DNA of 64,000 nucleotides, taken from contig JBFWJC010000001.1 in the NCBI GenBank assembly GCA_050253415.1, forward strand, positions 648,679-712,678, read 5' to 3'. The DNA comes from Pedobacter sp. GTDB taxonomy: Bacteria > Desulfobacterota > Desulfuromonadia > Desulfuromonadales > Syntrophotaleaceae. The notes beneath the pieces are model-generated. The model was given only the letters and a program-made list of their open reading frames with translations. It made no database searches and was not told the DNA's origin. The first letter of the stretch is position 1; each line of letters begins with the position of its first letter. Shown one piece after another: positions 49,192 through 59,581 of this stretch. A program made the position numbers and the translations under genes.

Positions 49192-49821
49192 TCAGGCGCC
49201 GCTGCGCTTAAGCACGGCGGCGACCGCTTCTGCCATCTGTTTATAACCGGCGGCGTTGGGATGGATCATATCGCTTTTCAGCGAGTTGTCCCGCAGGATG
49301 CGAGTCAAAACCTCGTTCTCAAGCGGAATCCGGTAGCGCTCGGCAACTTCCTGGTAAAATTCGGCCGGCCGGGGCAGCAGGCCCGGTTGCGGTACGCCGA
49401 GCATGACCACCTGGGCACCGCTTTTGCGGATCATTTCGATCATATCGGACAAGTGCGCGGCGGTTGTCTGGTGGGCCAAGCGTCGCAGCAGGTCGTTGCC
49501 GCCATGGCATAGCACCACCAGGTCCGGATGGTAACGTTGCAGCAGGCCAGGTAGTCGTAGTACCCCTTCGGCGCTGATTTCACCGGGTACCCCGGCATTG
49601 ATCGTCTGCCATCCGGTCAATTGCTGCAGTATGGCCGGATAGCTGTCAACCCTCTGTGCTCCGTTGCCGGCAGTGAGACTGTCGCCAAAAGCCAGGATTA
49701 CCGCATGGGCCGGCAATGGCTGCAGGCGTGGAATGCGATCGCGGCAACCCACCATCAAAGCTGCAAACATCACGATTGCCACGGATAAACCGCGACCCGT
49801 CCTTTTCAGGCTTTTAACCAT
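49192..49821 (-). CDS. GDSL/SGNH arylesterase (TesA-like) lipoprotein
   Basis: FGDSLTAG, NAGVPG, GGND, DMIHPN; lipobox-like LMVGC. Confidence 0.9.
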   Translation of the reverse strand: MVKSLKRTGRGLSVAIVMFAALMVGCRDRIPRLQPLPAHAVILAFGDSLTAGNGAQRVDSYPAILQQLTGWQTINAGVPGEISAEGVLRLPGLLQRYHPDLVVLCHGGNDLLRRLAHQTTAAHLSDMIEMIRKSGAQVVMLGVPQPGLLPRPAEFYQEVAERYRIPLENEVLTRILRDNSLKSDMIHPNAAGYKQMAEAVAAVLKRSGA

Positions 49822-49998
49822 GGCTAACCTCGTTTCCCTTCCGAACATCATCGTCAGAAACCATCCCTTTTAATTTATCGGTCCGGTGCGCTGTCTTGTC
49901 AAGGTCTCGCGTTTGTTCCGGGGCTTTCCTAAAATGGGCGGATCTGCCATAATCTTGTTTTTGTTCCATGTTGCAATCAGGAAGAGAGAATTACCATC

Positions 49999-51876
49999 AT
50001 GGCTTTGTTGAGTATACAGAATGTCAGTCTCGCATTTGGCGGGCCGACCTTGTTCCAGGACATTAATCTGCATGTTGAGCGCGGTGACCGCGTCGGGTTG
50101 CTGGGACGCAACGGCTGCGGTAAATCGACGCTGTTGCGCCTGATCTCCGGTGAATTGAAGCCGGATAGCGGCGCCGTGGTATGTCGCCAAGGGGTGCGGA
50201 TCGCCAGCCTGCCCCAGGATGTCCCCGCAGATTTGAACGGTACCGTGTATGAGGAAGTGCTGTGTGGCCTGGGACAGGCCGGACAGGAATTGTTGCGCTA
50301 TCACCGCCTCGCCCGGTTGGTGCAGGATGGCGATGACAGCCAGTTGCCCGCCATGCTGGAATGTCAGCACGCGCTGGAGGCCTCCGGTGCCTGGCCGCTG
50401 GAGCAGTTGGTGGTGCAGGTTCTTTCCCATCTGCACCTTGAGGGTGAAACGCCGGTGTCCGAACTTTCCGGTGGCGTTAAACGCCGGGTATTGCTGGCTC
50501 GCGCCCTGGTAGGGGAGCCGGATATCCTGCTGCTGGACGAACCGACAAACCATCTGGATATCGACACCATCGACTGGCTGGAAAGTTTTTTGCGCCGCTC
50601 ATCGCTGACCTTGCTGTTCGTTACCCATGACCGTGAGTTTCTCAAGGCTCTGGCGACTCGCACGGTTGAACTTGATCGCGGCAAGCTGTTTGATTTTGCC
50701 TGCGATTACGAAACGTTTTTGCGCCGCCGGGAAGAAGCGCTGCACGCCGAGGAGCAGGAATGGCAGCGTTTTGATCGCAAGCTGGCCCAGGAGGAAGTCT
50801 GGATTCGGCAGGGGATCAAGGCCCGCCGCACCCGTAATATGGGGCGAGTCGGTGAGTTGCAACGGATGCGAGCGGAACGTCTGCAGCGTCGCCAACGCTT
50901 CGGCACCTCGCGTCTGCAGTTGCAGGAGGCCGGCCGCAGTGGCAAGCTGGTAGCGGAGCTGGAGGACGTCTGTTTCAGCTATGGCGACAAACCGGTGATT
51001 CAGGGGCTGTCGACCACTATCATTCGTGGCGACCGCGTGGGGATCATCGGTCCCAATGGCGCGGGTAAATCGACCTTGCTCAAACTGATTCTCGGGCAGT
51101 TGGCGCCACAGCAGGGGCAGGCACGGCTTGGCACCAATCTGGAAATCCTCTATTTCGACCAGTTGCGCGAGCAACTTGATCCGGATGCCACGGTGCAGCA
51201 GAATTTATCCGGCGATCAGGACACCGTCCTGGTCGGCGGGACACCCCGGCACGTTTACGGTTATCTGCAGGACTTTCTGTTTACCCCGGATCGAGCCCGC
51301 ACGCCGGTGCGCATTCTGTCCGGTGGTGAGCGTCATCGCCTGCTGCTGGCAAAATTGTTTACCCGCGAAGCCAATGTGCTGGTCATGGACGAACCGACCA
51401 ACGACCTCGACCTGGAGACCCTGGAGTTGCTGGAGGAACTGTTGGCCGAGTTCACCGGTACGGTGTTGCTGGTCAGCCATGACCGCGCGTTCCTCGACCG
51501 GGTGGTGACCGGAACCCTGGTGTACGAGGGGGACGGTCGGTTTACCGATTATGTTGGTGGATACCAGGACTGGTTGCGGCAGCGTCCCGCTCCGGAGCCG
51601 GAGCCTGTTGTGGTCAAGTCGGCCAAAACCAAGCCGGAGCGGGTCCGGCCGCGCAAGTTAACATTTAAGGAACGCCAGGAACTCGATGCCTTGCCGGCCC
51701 GGATCGACGCATTGGAAAACGAACAGGCCACGCTCCATGAAAAGTTGGCCGATCCGGCCTTTTATCGGGAGCAGGGCGATGCCGTGGCCGTGGTGCGCGA
51801 ACGTATGGCAAGCCTTGAAGAGGACCTGACCGTTTGTTTTGCCCGTTGGGAAGAGCTCGAAGCCCTGGCAGAATGA
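49999..51876 (+). CDS. uup: ABC-F ATPase Uup
   Basis: Two ABC domains, EEVWIRQGIKARRTRN linker, C-terminal coiled coil ending RWEELE. Confidence 0.93.
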   Translation: MALLSIQNVSLAFGGPTLFQDINLHVERGDRVGLLGRNGCGKSTLLRLISGELKPDSGAVVCRQGVRIASLPQDVPADLNGTVYEEVLCGLGQAGQELLRYHRLARLVQDGDDSQLPAMLECQHALEASGAWPLEQLVVQVLSHLHLEGETPVSELSGGVKRRVLLARALVGEPDILLLDEPTNHLDIDTIDWLESFLRRSSLTLLFVTHDREFLKALATRTVELDRGKLFDFACDYETFLRRREEALHAEEQEWQRFDRKLAQEEVWIRQGIKARRTRNMGRVGELQRMRAERLQRRQRFGTSRLQLQEAGRSGKLVAELEDVCFSYGDKPVIQGLSTTIIRGDRVGIIGPNGAGKSTLLKLILGQLAPQQGQARLGTNLEILYFDQLREQLDPDATVQQNLSGDQDTVLVGGTPRHVYGYLQDFLFTPDRARTPVRILSGGERHRLLLAKLFTREANVLVMDEPTNDLDLETLELLEELLAEFTGTVLLVSHDRAFLDRVVTGTLVYEGDGRFTDYVGGYQDWLRQRPAPEPEPVVVKSAKTKPERVRPRKLTFKERQELDALPARIDALENEQATLHEKLADPAFYREQGDAVAVVRERMASLEEDLTVCFARWEELEALAE

Positions 51877-51920
51877 ACGGATAAATTTTGATCCGTCATT
51901 GTATTTTGGGGAGGGAAAAA

Positions 51921-52550
51921 ATGGTACCTGCCGTATTGCTGGCGATTTACCTGGTGATGTTTGCCGCGCTTGGTGTGGCGCCCTATGATCGTGCTGTATG
52001 GATTGCTGAGAACCTGCCGATCATGGCCATTGTCCTGCTGTTGGTGACGACTTATCGGCGGTTTCGATTTTCGGATGGGGCCTATCTGTTGATGGCTTGT
52101 CTGGTCTTTTTGCATACCATCGGCGGGCATTTTACCTTTGAGCGGGTGCCATTCGACTGGGTGACGGACCTTTTCGGTTTTCAGCGCAACCATTACGATC
52201 GCATGGCGCACTTCACCGTCGGTTTTTATGCCTTTCCCTGCGCAGAGTTACTGTTGCGGCGAAAGTTGGTATCTTCCCGCTGGGTGTTGCTGCTGTTTCC
52301 GATCTTTTTTATTGTGACGGTGGCGGCCGGCTACGAATTGTTTGAGTGGCAGTATGCCGTGCATGCCGACCCGACGGCCGGCATCGCCGTACTCGGCTCC
52401 CAGGGCGATATCTGGGATGCGCAGAAGGACATGCTGGCAGATACCCTTGGAGCCCTTTTTGCTACCGGCCTGTTTACGGTGGTTTACCGTCGCTCGCTGG
52501 CGGCTTTGAAATGCTGTGGGCCGCGGTCCCAGCAGGGCGGGGCTTGCTGA
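51921..52550 (+). CDS. DUF2238 (YjdF-like) membrane protein
   Basis: GGHFTFERVP, RNHYDRMAH, YELFEW, LGSQGDIWDAQKDM. Confidence 0.9.
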   Translation: MVPAVLLAIYLVMFAALGVAPYDRAVWIAENLPIMAIVLLLVTTYRRFRFSDGAYLLMACLVFLHTIGGHFTFERVPFDWVTDLFGFQRNHYDRMAHFTVGFYAFPCAELLLRRKLVSSRWVLLLFPIFFIVTVAAGYELFEWQYAVHADPTAGIAVLGSQGDIWDAQKDMLADTLGALFATGLFTVVYRRSLAALKCCGPRSQQGGAC

Positions 52551-52598
52551 ACGGCAGTTTTTTCAGTCTGCCTGCCGCAAAGGTGCGGTTCCTTGATT

Positions 52599-52907
52599 TT
52601 ACCGGGGCTGGTCAGACGGTTCCTCCGAGCGGTACATTTGCTTGGTTTGGACTTTGCCGTTGATGAACTGCACGGAAATCACCGTGTCCTTGTGACGCCA
52701 AGTGGCTGCTGTGCCGGAGAACAGGCCAAGATCGATGCTGGTGGTCTCTGCAGGTTCACCCAATATCTTGATGACTTCGGTTTCGGCCATGCCGGGTTCG
52801 ATGTGGCTGAAGTTTTCCTGGTTGATCGATGAATTACATGCGACGACGGACAGCAACAGATATAAGCCTAACAGCCCGCGCAGGCAGGATCGTAAAAAAA
52901 ATGGCAT
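52599..52907 (-). CDS. Small lipoprotein (SmpA/BamE-like fold)
   Basis: Lipobox VVAC; IEPGMAETEVIKILGEP. Confidence 0.75.
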   Translation of the reverse strand: MPFFLRSCLRGLLGLYLLLSVVACNSSINQENFSHIEPGMAETEVIKILGEPAETTSIDLGLFSGTAATWRHKDTVISVQFINGKVQTKQMYRSEEPSDQPR

Positions 52908-53031
52908 TTCATGACCTCTTTGGCTTGGGGTAAAAGGCTGCCAGTTGTGCGCAGCTGATGCCAAGCATAAATGCTTTTGTCTCGTCGGGCAAGAAGTGTC
53001 TGAACCCCAAGCGTTATACAGATGGAGCCTC

Positions 53032-53463
53032 ATGTCGATGGATATTACCACTCCAGCCTTGTTGTTTCCGGCCATATCGTTGCTATTGCTGGCTTACACA
53101 AACCGATTTCTGGCTTTGGCCAGCGTCATCCGTGCGTTGGCCGGGCGCCTTGCCGAGAGTGATGATGTTCAGGTGCGCCGACAGATTCATAACTTGCGAG
53201 TGCGTATCAGCCTTATCAAGTGGATGCAGGGCTTCGGCATCGTAAGCATTTTGCTGTGCATGGTTTCGATGTTTTGCCTGTTTATAGGTCAGGAAGTTTG
53301 GGCTCGGTTCAGCTTTGGCATCAGTATGGTTTTGATGGTGGTGTCTCTGGGTATCAGCATCTGGGAAACACTTTTGTCTGGTGAAGCCCTTAAGCATGAG
53401 TTGCAACGGTGCGAAATGCTGGCGGCGGAACGTGCGATGGGGCAAAAGAAACATCCATCATAA
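53032..53463 (+). CDS. DUF2721 family membrane protein
   Basis: TTPALLFPAISLLLLAYTNRF signature. Confidence 0.85.
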   Translation: MSMDITTPALLFPAISLLLLAYTNRFLALASVIRALAGRLAESDDVQVRRQIHNLRVRISLIKWMQGFGIVSILLCMVSMFCLFIGQEVWARFSFGISMVLMVVSLGISIWETLLSGEALKHELQRCEMLAAERAMGQKKHPS

Positions 53464-53511
53464 AATGGTTTTGCGTGCCAGTATGCGATACTGGCTGAAA
53501 GGTAGGGAAGG

Positions 53512-54000
53512 ATGCAGCCGTTTTTAAACCGCTGTGCGGAAGTTGAGGAGACTCTGGCGCAAATTTATACCGAATTGGCAGCCACGGTAGCGGCAGAGCA
53601 GACTCTTAAGAATATCTGGCTTGCCATGGCGGATGATGAGGGTGAGCATGCCCGTGAAATCCGCATGGCCGTGCGCATGTTGAAAGAGGATATCGTTGTT
53701 GGAGAGCAAGTCCCCGACGCGGAGATCAGGCAACTGCTTGCCCAGGCTCGTGATTTGCTGGCCAAGGTTCGCCAATCCGACCTTGGCGTAAAAGAGGCGT
53801 TGAGTCTGTCCCTGCATCTGGAATCAGATTTCCGCCGGGTGCATGTGTTGTGTGCTGTGCGCTTTGCCGATGAAGGCCTACGCAGGGTTTTCGAGCTTCT
53901 CGGGCGGGCCGATCAGGAACATGTCGCCCGACTTAGTGACTACTGCAGAAAGTTTTCCGCTTTGGAAAAGGGCGGAAATGGGGATGCTGCAACAGCCTGA
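53512..54000 (+). CDS. Ferritin-like (rubrerythrin-type) four-helix-bundle protein
   Basis: E..Y, DEGEH, E, DQEH di-iron-like pattern in two halves. Confidence 0.75.
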   Translation: MQPFLNRCAEVEETLAQIYTELAATVAAEQTLKNIWLAMADDEGEHAREIRMAVRMLKEDIVVGEQVPDAEIRQLLAQARDLLAKVRQSDLGVKEALSLSLHLESDFRRVHVLCAVRFADEGLRRVFELLGRADQEHVARLSDYCRKFSALEKGGNGDAATA

Positions 54001-54044
54001 TGGGCGTGCGCAGTAGTCTTGCCCGTTTTTAATTCCCTGAGGTC

Positions 54045-54074
54045 TTGACCTGCCCTAGACGACCGGTCTATTAT
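54045..54074 (+). promoter_or_regulatory. Promoter with a palindromic TetR operator in the spacer
   Basis: TTGACC...TATTAT with TAGAC-gaccg-GTCTA (54056-54070), resembling the NemR box. Confidence 0.75.
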
Positions 54075-54081
54075 TCTCGCC

Positions 54082-54663
54082 ATGGAAAAACGTGATACCA
54101 AAGAACATATCCTGCGCATCGGCATGGACCTGATTGCCCGTCAGGGCTTCAATGCCACCGGCATCGGTGCCGTCCTGAGCCAGGCAGAAGTGCCCAAGGG
54201 CTCCTTCTATCACTATTTCCCCAGCAAGGAAGCTTTCGGGCTGGCGATTATTGATCGGTTTGCCAGCCGCTACGAAGAAAAACTTCTTGGTTTTTTACAG
54301 AATGAAGATCTTGCGCCTCTCGATCGCATCCGCACCTATCTGGATGCCATTGTTCGGCGACTTGACGACGGGGGCTGCGATCGGGGTTGTCTGGCGGGGA
54401 ATCTGGGTCAGGAGCTGGCCGCCTGCAATGAGACTTTCCGTCATCGTCTTGGCCAGCTTTTCGATAACTGGCAGGAGCATCTTGCCAGTTGTCTAGCCGC
54501 GGCCCAGGCGCATGGAGAACTGGCCGTCGAGGCAGATAGCCGGCAGCTGGCGGGGATAATCCTCAATGGTCTCGAAGGGGCCATTCTGCGAGCCAAGGTG
54601 CAGCGTTCGTCCCAGCCGGTGCGTGAATTCATGAGTGTGCTGTTTTCACGATTGTTGCTTTGA
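54082..54663 (+). CDS. TetR family regulator (NemR/AcuR-like)
   Basis: GFNATG, VPKGSFYHYFPSKEAFG, GCLAGNLGQE, EGAILRAK. Confidence 0.93.
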   Translation: MEKRDTKEHILRIGMDLIARQGFNATGIGAVLSQAEVPKGSFYHYFPSKEAFGLAIIDRFASRYEEKLLGFLQNEDLAPLDRIRTYLDAIVRRLDDGGCDRGCLAGNLGQELAACNETFRHRLGQLFDNWQEHLASCLAAAQAHGELAVEADSRQLAGIILNGLEGAILRAKVQRSSQPVREFMSVLFSRLLL

Positions 54664-54739
54664 TTAAATATCGAATCATTATCCGGTTACCTCGTCCCTG
54701 GCCTGCACTTGGGACTGTCTGGATGTATCTGGAAGGAGC

Positions 54740-55588
54740 ATGCGCATGACCCATTTACCTCAGTTTCAACGTTTTACCAGTGCCTCGCGCTATGTGCTTG
54801 ACGATGAGCTGGCCAAGATCGTCAACGTGTCGATGGTTCTGGAGCTGCCTCTGTTGCTCAAAGGGGAGCCTGGTACCGGAAAAACCCGTCTTGCCCATGC
54901 CATCGCCGAGAGCCTGGGCATGCCTTTGATTATTCTCAATGTCAAATCGAGTATGAAGCTGGTCGAGGCCCTTTATCAGTACGATACCCTGACCCGTCTC
55001 AATGATAGTCGATTCGCCGATAGCAGCCGTGATGTCAGCTGTATCGAAGATTACATCCGCATGGGCAAGATCGGCCAGGCTTTCACCGCACAGCAACGCG
55101 TGGTGCTGCTCATCGATGAGATCGATAAGGCCGATACCGATTTTCAGGATGACATGCTCGATGTGCTTGATCAGATGCAATTCGATATTATGGAAATCGA
55201 CAAAACTGTTACCGCCCGTCATCGTCCGGTGGTAATCATTACTTCCAACGCCAAAAAAGATCTGTCCGACCCGTTTCTCGGTCGGTGTAATTTCCATCAC
55301 ATCGCCTTCCCTGAGGCGGATATGATGAAGCGCATCGTGGCGGTGCATTTCCCCGATCTGGATCAGAGTCTGGTCGAGGAATGCCTGGCGGCTTTTTACC
55401 GGCTGCGCGATCTGGACGGGGTGGAGAAAAAACCGGCAACCCGCGAGCTGCTCAATTGGCTACGCGCTCTGTTGGCCGACCCGGATGTCGATGCCTCGAT
55501 GCTGACCCGGGGGCAGTTGCCGTATCTCGGTATCCTGTTTAAGAAAAGCGCCGATCTTGAGGCGGCACAACTCCACGCGTTGGCCTGA
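54740..55588 (+). CDS. MoxR-family AAA+ ATPase (CoxD-like)
   Basis: GEPGTGKT, LYQYD...RLNDS, LIDEIDKAD, ITSN, KKPATRELLNW. Confidence 0.92.
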   Translation: MRMTHLPQFQRFTSASRYVLDDELAKIVNVSMVLELPLLLKGEPGTGKTRLAHAIAESLGMPLIILNVKSSMKLVEALYQYDTLTRLNDSRFADSSRDVSCIEDYIRMGKIGQAFTAQQRVVLLIDEIDKADTDFQDDMLDVLDQMQFDIMEIDKTVTARHRPVVIITSNAKKDLSDPFLGRCNFHHIAFPEADMMKRIVAVHFPDLDQSLVEECLAAFYRLRDLDGVEKKPATRELLNWLRALLADPDVDASMLTRGQLPYLGILFKKSADLEAAQLHALA

Positions 55589-55602
55589 AAAGAGGGGGTG
55601 CG

Positions 55603-56793
55603 GTGTTTTTGCCATTTTTTTACGGATTGCGCGATCGCGGGGTGATGGTTGCTCCGACAGCTTTTTTGCGCTTGCAACGTGCATTGAGTATGGGGCTGGT
55701 TCATTCCCTGGATGATCTCTATACCGTCGCGCGCACCGTACTGGTGAAAAGCGAGCGGGATTTCGATACCTACGATCAGCTGTTCGCTGAACATTTCGGC
55801 GCTGCGGAACAAGTCGCGGAACAGTTGGAGGATCTTGATCAGGCGATCCGCGATCAGATAAAAAAGTGGCTGGAAAAACCCAGAAACAAGGATCGTTCCG
55901 TGGAGCCTGGGGCCGAACAACTCGAGCGCCTCAGTCCGGAAGAGCTGGAACAGTATCTGTTGGATCGTCTGGAGGATCAGAAGGAGGAGCATCACGGTGG
56001 CCGCAAGTGGATCGGTACCGGAGGTGTTTCACCCGTCGGTCATTCGGGGCAGCGCCCCGGCGGCATGCGCATCGGTGGTATCTCCCGCAATCGTTCGGCC
56101 ATGCAGGTAGCCATGGAACGACGTTATCGCGATTATTCCCGGGGCGCTCCGTTGACCCGGGCGCACATCGGCGAAGCCCTTAAGCGGCTGCGAAACCTGA
56201 TGCCGGCCGGGCCGTGTGATGCCTTGAATATTGATCGAACCATTTGCCAGACCATGCGTAATGGTGGCGAAATCGAACTGGTCTTCGATCGGCGTCTGGC
56301 CGATCGCCTTAAGGTTATTTTGCTTGTCGACAACGGTGGCTGGTCCATGGAGACCCATGTGCCGACGGTCCAGACCCTGTTTAACCATGCGCGCGACCAG
56401 TTTCAGAATCTGGATATCCATTATTTTCATAATACCATCCACGACCGTGTCTGGAACGATGCCGAGCGGACGTCTTCGCCCATTCCCTTTGCGCAGCTAT
56501 TGGCGCGCGATCCCCAAAGTCGGCTGATTATTGTCGGCGATGCCAGTATGGCACCCGAAGAGCTGTTGCATGCCGGGCCTTCCTATACCATGCGTCGTGT
56601 CACAAGACAGGCCAGTATCGAACGTCTCGAAGCGCTGGCCAAGACTTTTCGTCATGCGGTCTGGCTCAATCCCCAAAGTCCTTCCCTGTGGCCCTACGGG
56701 CAAACCATCAATCGGATCCGGCAGGTCTTCCCCATGTTCAATCTCAGTCTTGATGGCCTTGAGCAGGCCGTATCGCACCTGATGCATTCCTGA
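55603..56793 (+). CDS. VWA-domain CoxE-like partner of MoxR
   Basis: HHGGRKWIGTGG.SP.GH, DNGGWSM MIDAS-like motif, YFHN, VGDASMAPEEL, WLNP. Confidence 0.88.
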   Translation: MFLPFFYGLRDRGVMVAPTAFLRLQRALSMGLVHSLDDLYTVARTVLVKSERDFDTYDQLFAEHFGAAEQVAEQLEDLDQAIRDQIKKWLEKPRNKDRSVEPGAEQLERLSPEELEQYLLDRLEDQKEEHHGGRKWIGTGGVSPVGHSGQRPGGMRIGGISRNRSAMQVAMERRYRDYSRGAPLTRAHIGEALKRLRNLMPAGPCDALNIDRTICQTMRNGGEIELVFDRRLADRLKVILLVDNGGWSMETHVPTVQTLFNHARDQFQNLDIHYFHNTIHDRVWNDAERTSSPIPFAQLLARDPQSRLIIVGDASMAPEELLHAGPSYTMRRVTRQASIERLEALAKTFRHAVWLNPQSPSLWPYGQTINRIRQVFPMFNLSLDGLEQAVSHLMHS

Positions 56794-57016
56794 CCTCGGC
56801 TGTTTCGCAATAATCGGGAGCAATTTGGGGCGCATCCTTGGGGCACGCCACAGGAGTGTGGCGCCCCATGCGGGCGCTGTCAAGCCTCTGACTGCAAAGT
56901 TGAAGAGGTGCGGCACCTGTTGGCCTGTAATTACCAGGCAGGTCCTATGATTTTTGTCAAACAATTCCGTATACTTCCATTTTATTAAAGACAAATAAAG
57001 GCATATTCGGCGTAAG

Positions 57017-57032
57017 TGGCATTGCCTTTGCG
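57017..57032 (+). promoter_or_regulatory. Sigma54 -24/-12 promoter upstream of the MCP gene
   Basis: TGGCATTGCCTTTGCG with GG-N10-GC spacing, preceded by an AT-rich tract. Confidence 0.6.
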
Positions 57033-57126
57033 ATACTCCTGCCTGTCCACAATTAGGACGACCCGAAATTTTTCATCGTTGGCCTCATAAAATTCAATGT
57101 GGGACAGGAAGAAAGGACGAGTTTTT

Positions 57127-59346
57127 ATGCAATTCAAGTCGGTGCAAATGAAGATTGCCATGATTGCCGGGCTTTGCCTGCTTTCGGCTGTGGCAGTATT
57201 GGTGGTTTACGGATTGTTTTCTGCCAGCAGCACGCAAAGCCTGGTATCTGAGCAGGTTTCCGCCCTGCAGACCGAGACCAGCATGCAGGGGCTGCAAAGC
57301 CTGGCTGGCGAGCAGGCCGGTATGGTTCAGGAGCAGTTGGCCTTGGCGTTGGATGCCGCGCGAACCATGGCGAACACGTTTGAGGTAAGCAAACAGAAGT
57401 CCGGCAACCTGCACATCGGTCGCGATCAACTTAATGCCATCCTGCTCAATGTGTTGAAGCGCAACAAGAGTTTCAACGGGACCTATTCCTGCTGGGAGCC
57501 GAATGCCATTGACGGTCAGGATGAGGCGTTCCGGGTTGACAAGGATGGTAACAATGCGGTGACCGGTCGTTTCACCCCCTATTGGACCCGGGATGCCGGC
57601 GGCAATATCGCTGTTCAGCCCCTGGTTGAATACGATACGTATGATAAGCACCCCAACGGTGTGCTCAAGGGTGGCTGGTATATCACGCCTCGCGAAAAAA
57701 ATCTCGAAAGCGTGCTTGGCCCGTTGCCTTATATTGTGCAGGGCAAGCAGGTGTGGCTGGTAACCATGTCGGTACCCGTTATGGTCGACGGTAAATTCTA
57801 CGGTATCGCCGGAGCCGACTATAATCTTGATTTTGTGCAGGAAATTGCCAAAACGGTCGATTCTGGCCTGTTTGGCGGCGAGGGGCAAGTCTCCATTATT
57901 GCCGATAACGGATTGCTGGTTGGACAAAGCGAGCATGCGGACATGATCGGGGGCCATTTCAATCAGGTGATGCCCAAAGGCTGGGAAGATATTTACAAGG
58001 CCATCCAGTCCGGAGAGCCGTTGGTGCGTACCAACGAGGAAAGCGGTATGGTTGAAACCGTGTCCCCCATCCATCTCGGAAATACCGGCAAACCCTGGGC
58101 CGTCATGATTCAGGTCCCCCAGAAAGTCATTTTGGCTAAAGCCATGGCTCTCGACAACGAGTTGACCAAGCGCGGTCAAAGCAGCGCATTCTGGCAGATC
58201 GTTGCCGGAGTGGCGGTTGTCTCCCTGGCCGTGGCACTGCTGTGGTTGGCGGCTGGTGGCATCGCCCGCCCCATCCGCCGTGCTGCCGAATTGGCCAATA
58301 CCATCCGTGCCGGCGATTTTTCCCAGAGACTTACTCTCAATCAGCAGGATGAGGTGGGCCAGTTGTCCGCTGCCCTGAATCAGATGGCGGATAGCCTCCA
58401 GGGAGCAGCCGATGTCGCCGAACAGATTGCCGCAGGCAATCTTGATGTCGACGTCAAGCTGGCCTCCGATAAAGATCAGTTGGGTCGCGCTCTGCAAAAC
58501 ATGACCGCCAACCTTAACGACGTGTTGGACCAGGTGCAGACTGCCGGTGAGCAGATCGCCTCGGGCTCCGGTCAGATTGCCGATGCCAGCCAGTCTCTGT
58601 CGCAGAGCACCACGGAAGCCGCGGCGTCCATGGAAGAGATCAATGCTTCCATGACGCAGATGGCGTCCCAGACCAAGCTCAACGCCGATAACGCCGAGCA
58701 GGCCAACTCTTTGGCCGACAACGCCCGTCAGGGTGCTGCCGATGGCGCGAAGATGATGGAGGAGATGGTCGCGGCGATGCGTGAAATCAATGCTTCCAGT
58801 GAAGATATTTCCAAAATCATCAAGGTTATCGACGAAATCGCCTTCCAGACCAATCTTCTGGCTCTGAACGCTGCCGTCGAGGCAGCCCGCGCCGGACAGC
58901 ACGGCAAAGGCTTCGCCGTTGTTGCCGAAGAAGTTCGTACTTTGGCGGCGCGCAGTGCTACGGCGGCTAAGGAGACTGCCGAGCTTATTGAAAATTCGGT
59001 GGGTAAAACGCGCAATGGTACCAATATCGCCGACAAGACCGCAGGTGCTCTCAAGGAAATTGTCAGTGGTGCCACCAAGGTTTCGGATCTGGTCGGTGAA
59101 ATTGCCATGGCTTCTAACGAACAGGCACTTGGTTTTTCACAGGTCAATCAGGGGCTTAACCAGATCGATGGCGTGACTCAGCAGAATACCGCCAATGCCG
59201 AAGAGAGTGCTGCTGCTGCAGAAGAGCTTTCCGGCCAGGCTATGCAGTTGCAACACTTGCTCAGTCGTTTCACCCTCAAGGGCCGCAGTTCGGCGGGCAC
59301 CGCAAGGATAGCCAATCGCTCCCAGTTATCGCTTCCGGAGGCTTGA
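57127..59346 (+). CDS. Methyl-accepting chemotaxis protein (Cache sensor, HAMP, MCP signalling domain)
   Basis: Two TMs, PYW/WY Cache motifs, IAFQTNLLALNAAVEAARAGQHGKGFAVVAEEVR. Confidence 0.97.
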   Translation: MQFKSVQMKIAMIAGLCLLSAVAVLVVYGLFSASSTQSLVSEQVSALQTETSMQGLQSLAGEQAGMVQEQLALALDAARTMANTFEVSKQKSGNLHIGRDQLNAILLNVLKRNKSFNGTYSCWEPNAIDGQDEAFRVDKDGNNAVTGRFTPYWTRDAGGNIAVQPLVEYDTYDKHPNGVLKGGWYITPREKNLESVLGPLPYIVQGKQVWLVTMSVPVMVDGKFYGIAGADYNLDFVQEIAKTVDSGLFGGEGQVSIIADNGLLVGQSEHADMIGGHFNQVMPKGWEDIYKAIQSGEPLVRTNEESGMVETVSPIHLGNTGKPWAVMIQVPQKVILAKAMALDNELTKRGQSSAFWQIVAGVAVVSLAVALLWLAAGGIARPIRRAAELANTIRAGDFSQRLTLNQQDEVGQLSAALNQMADSLQGAADVAEQIAAGNLDVDVKLASDKDQLGRALQNMTANLNDVLDQVQTAGEQIASGSGQIADASQSLSQSTTEAAASMEEINASMTQMASQTKLNADNAEQANSLADNARQGAADGAKMMEEMVAAMREINASSEDISKIIKVIDEIAFQTNLLALNAAVEAARAGQHGKGFAVVAEEVRTLAARSATAAKETAELIENSVGKTRNGTNIADKTAGALKEIVSGATKVSDLVGEIAMASNEQALGFSQVNQGLNQIDGVTQQNTANAEESAAAAEELSGQAMQLQHLLSRFTLKGRSSAGTARIANRSQLSLPEA

Positions 59347-59403
59347 CACAAGCAGGTTGAAGTTTCTGTAAGTCTATAGGCGTAAACATTGCGCCACCAA
59401 TAA

Positions 59404-59455
59404 GGCCCGCCCTGGAATTGCAACGTTCGTTGCGATCGAGGGCGGGCTTTTTTAT
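59404..59455 (+). terminator. Intrinsic terminator
   Basis: gcccgccct...agggcgggctttttt. Confidence 0.8.
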
Positions 59456-59512
59456 TGCATTTTATCGGTCTGTTATATGGTTTTGGAGGGGATTTTTCGG
59501 CAGAAAAAGCCC

Positions 59513-59562
59513 TTGACAGGCGTTATGTTTGGGATTAGTTTAATGCAGCTTAACGGTGTTAA
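59513..59562 (+). promoter_or_regulatory. Promoter and palindromic operator of tetR-shc
   Basis: TTGACA-17 bp-TAGTTT, then TTAAC-ggt-GTTAA (59550-59562) at the predicted transcription start. Confidence 0.65.
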
Positions 59563-59581
59563 CTTTAATGGGATAAAACGA

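Noticed and set aside
57094..58902. 602-aa antisense ORF
   Set aside because: Shadow of the MCP gene caused by codon bias; no recognisable motifs
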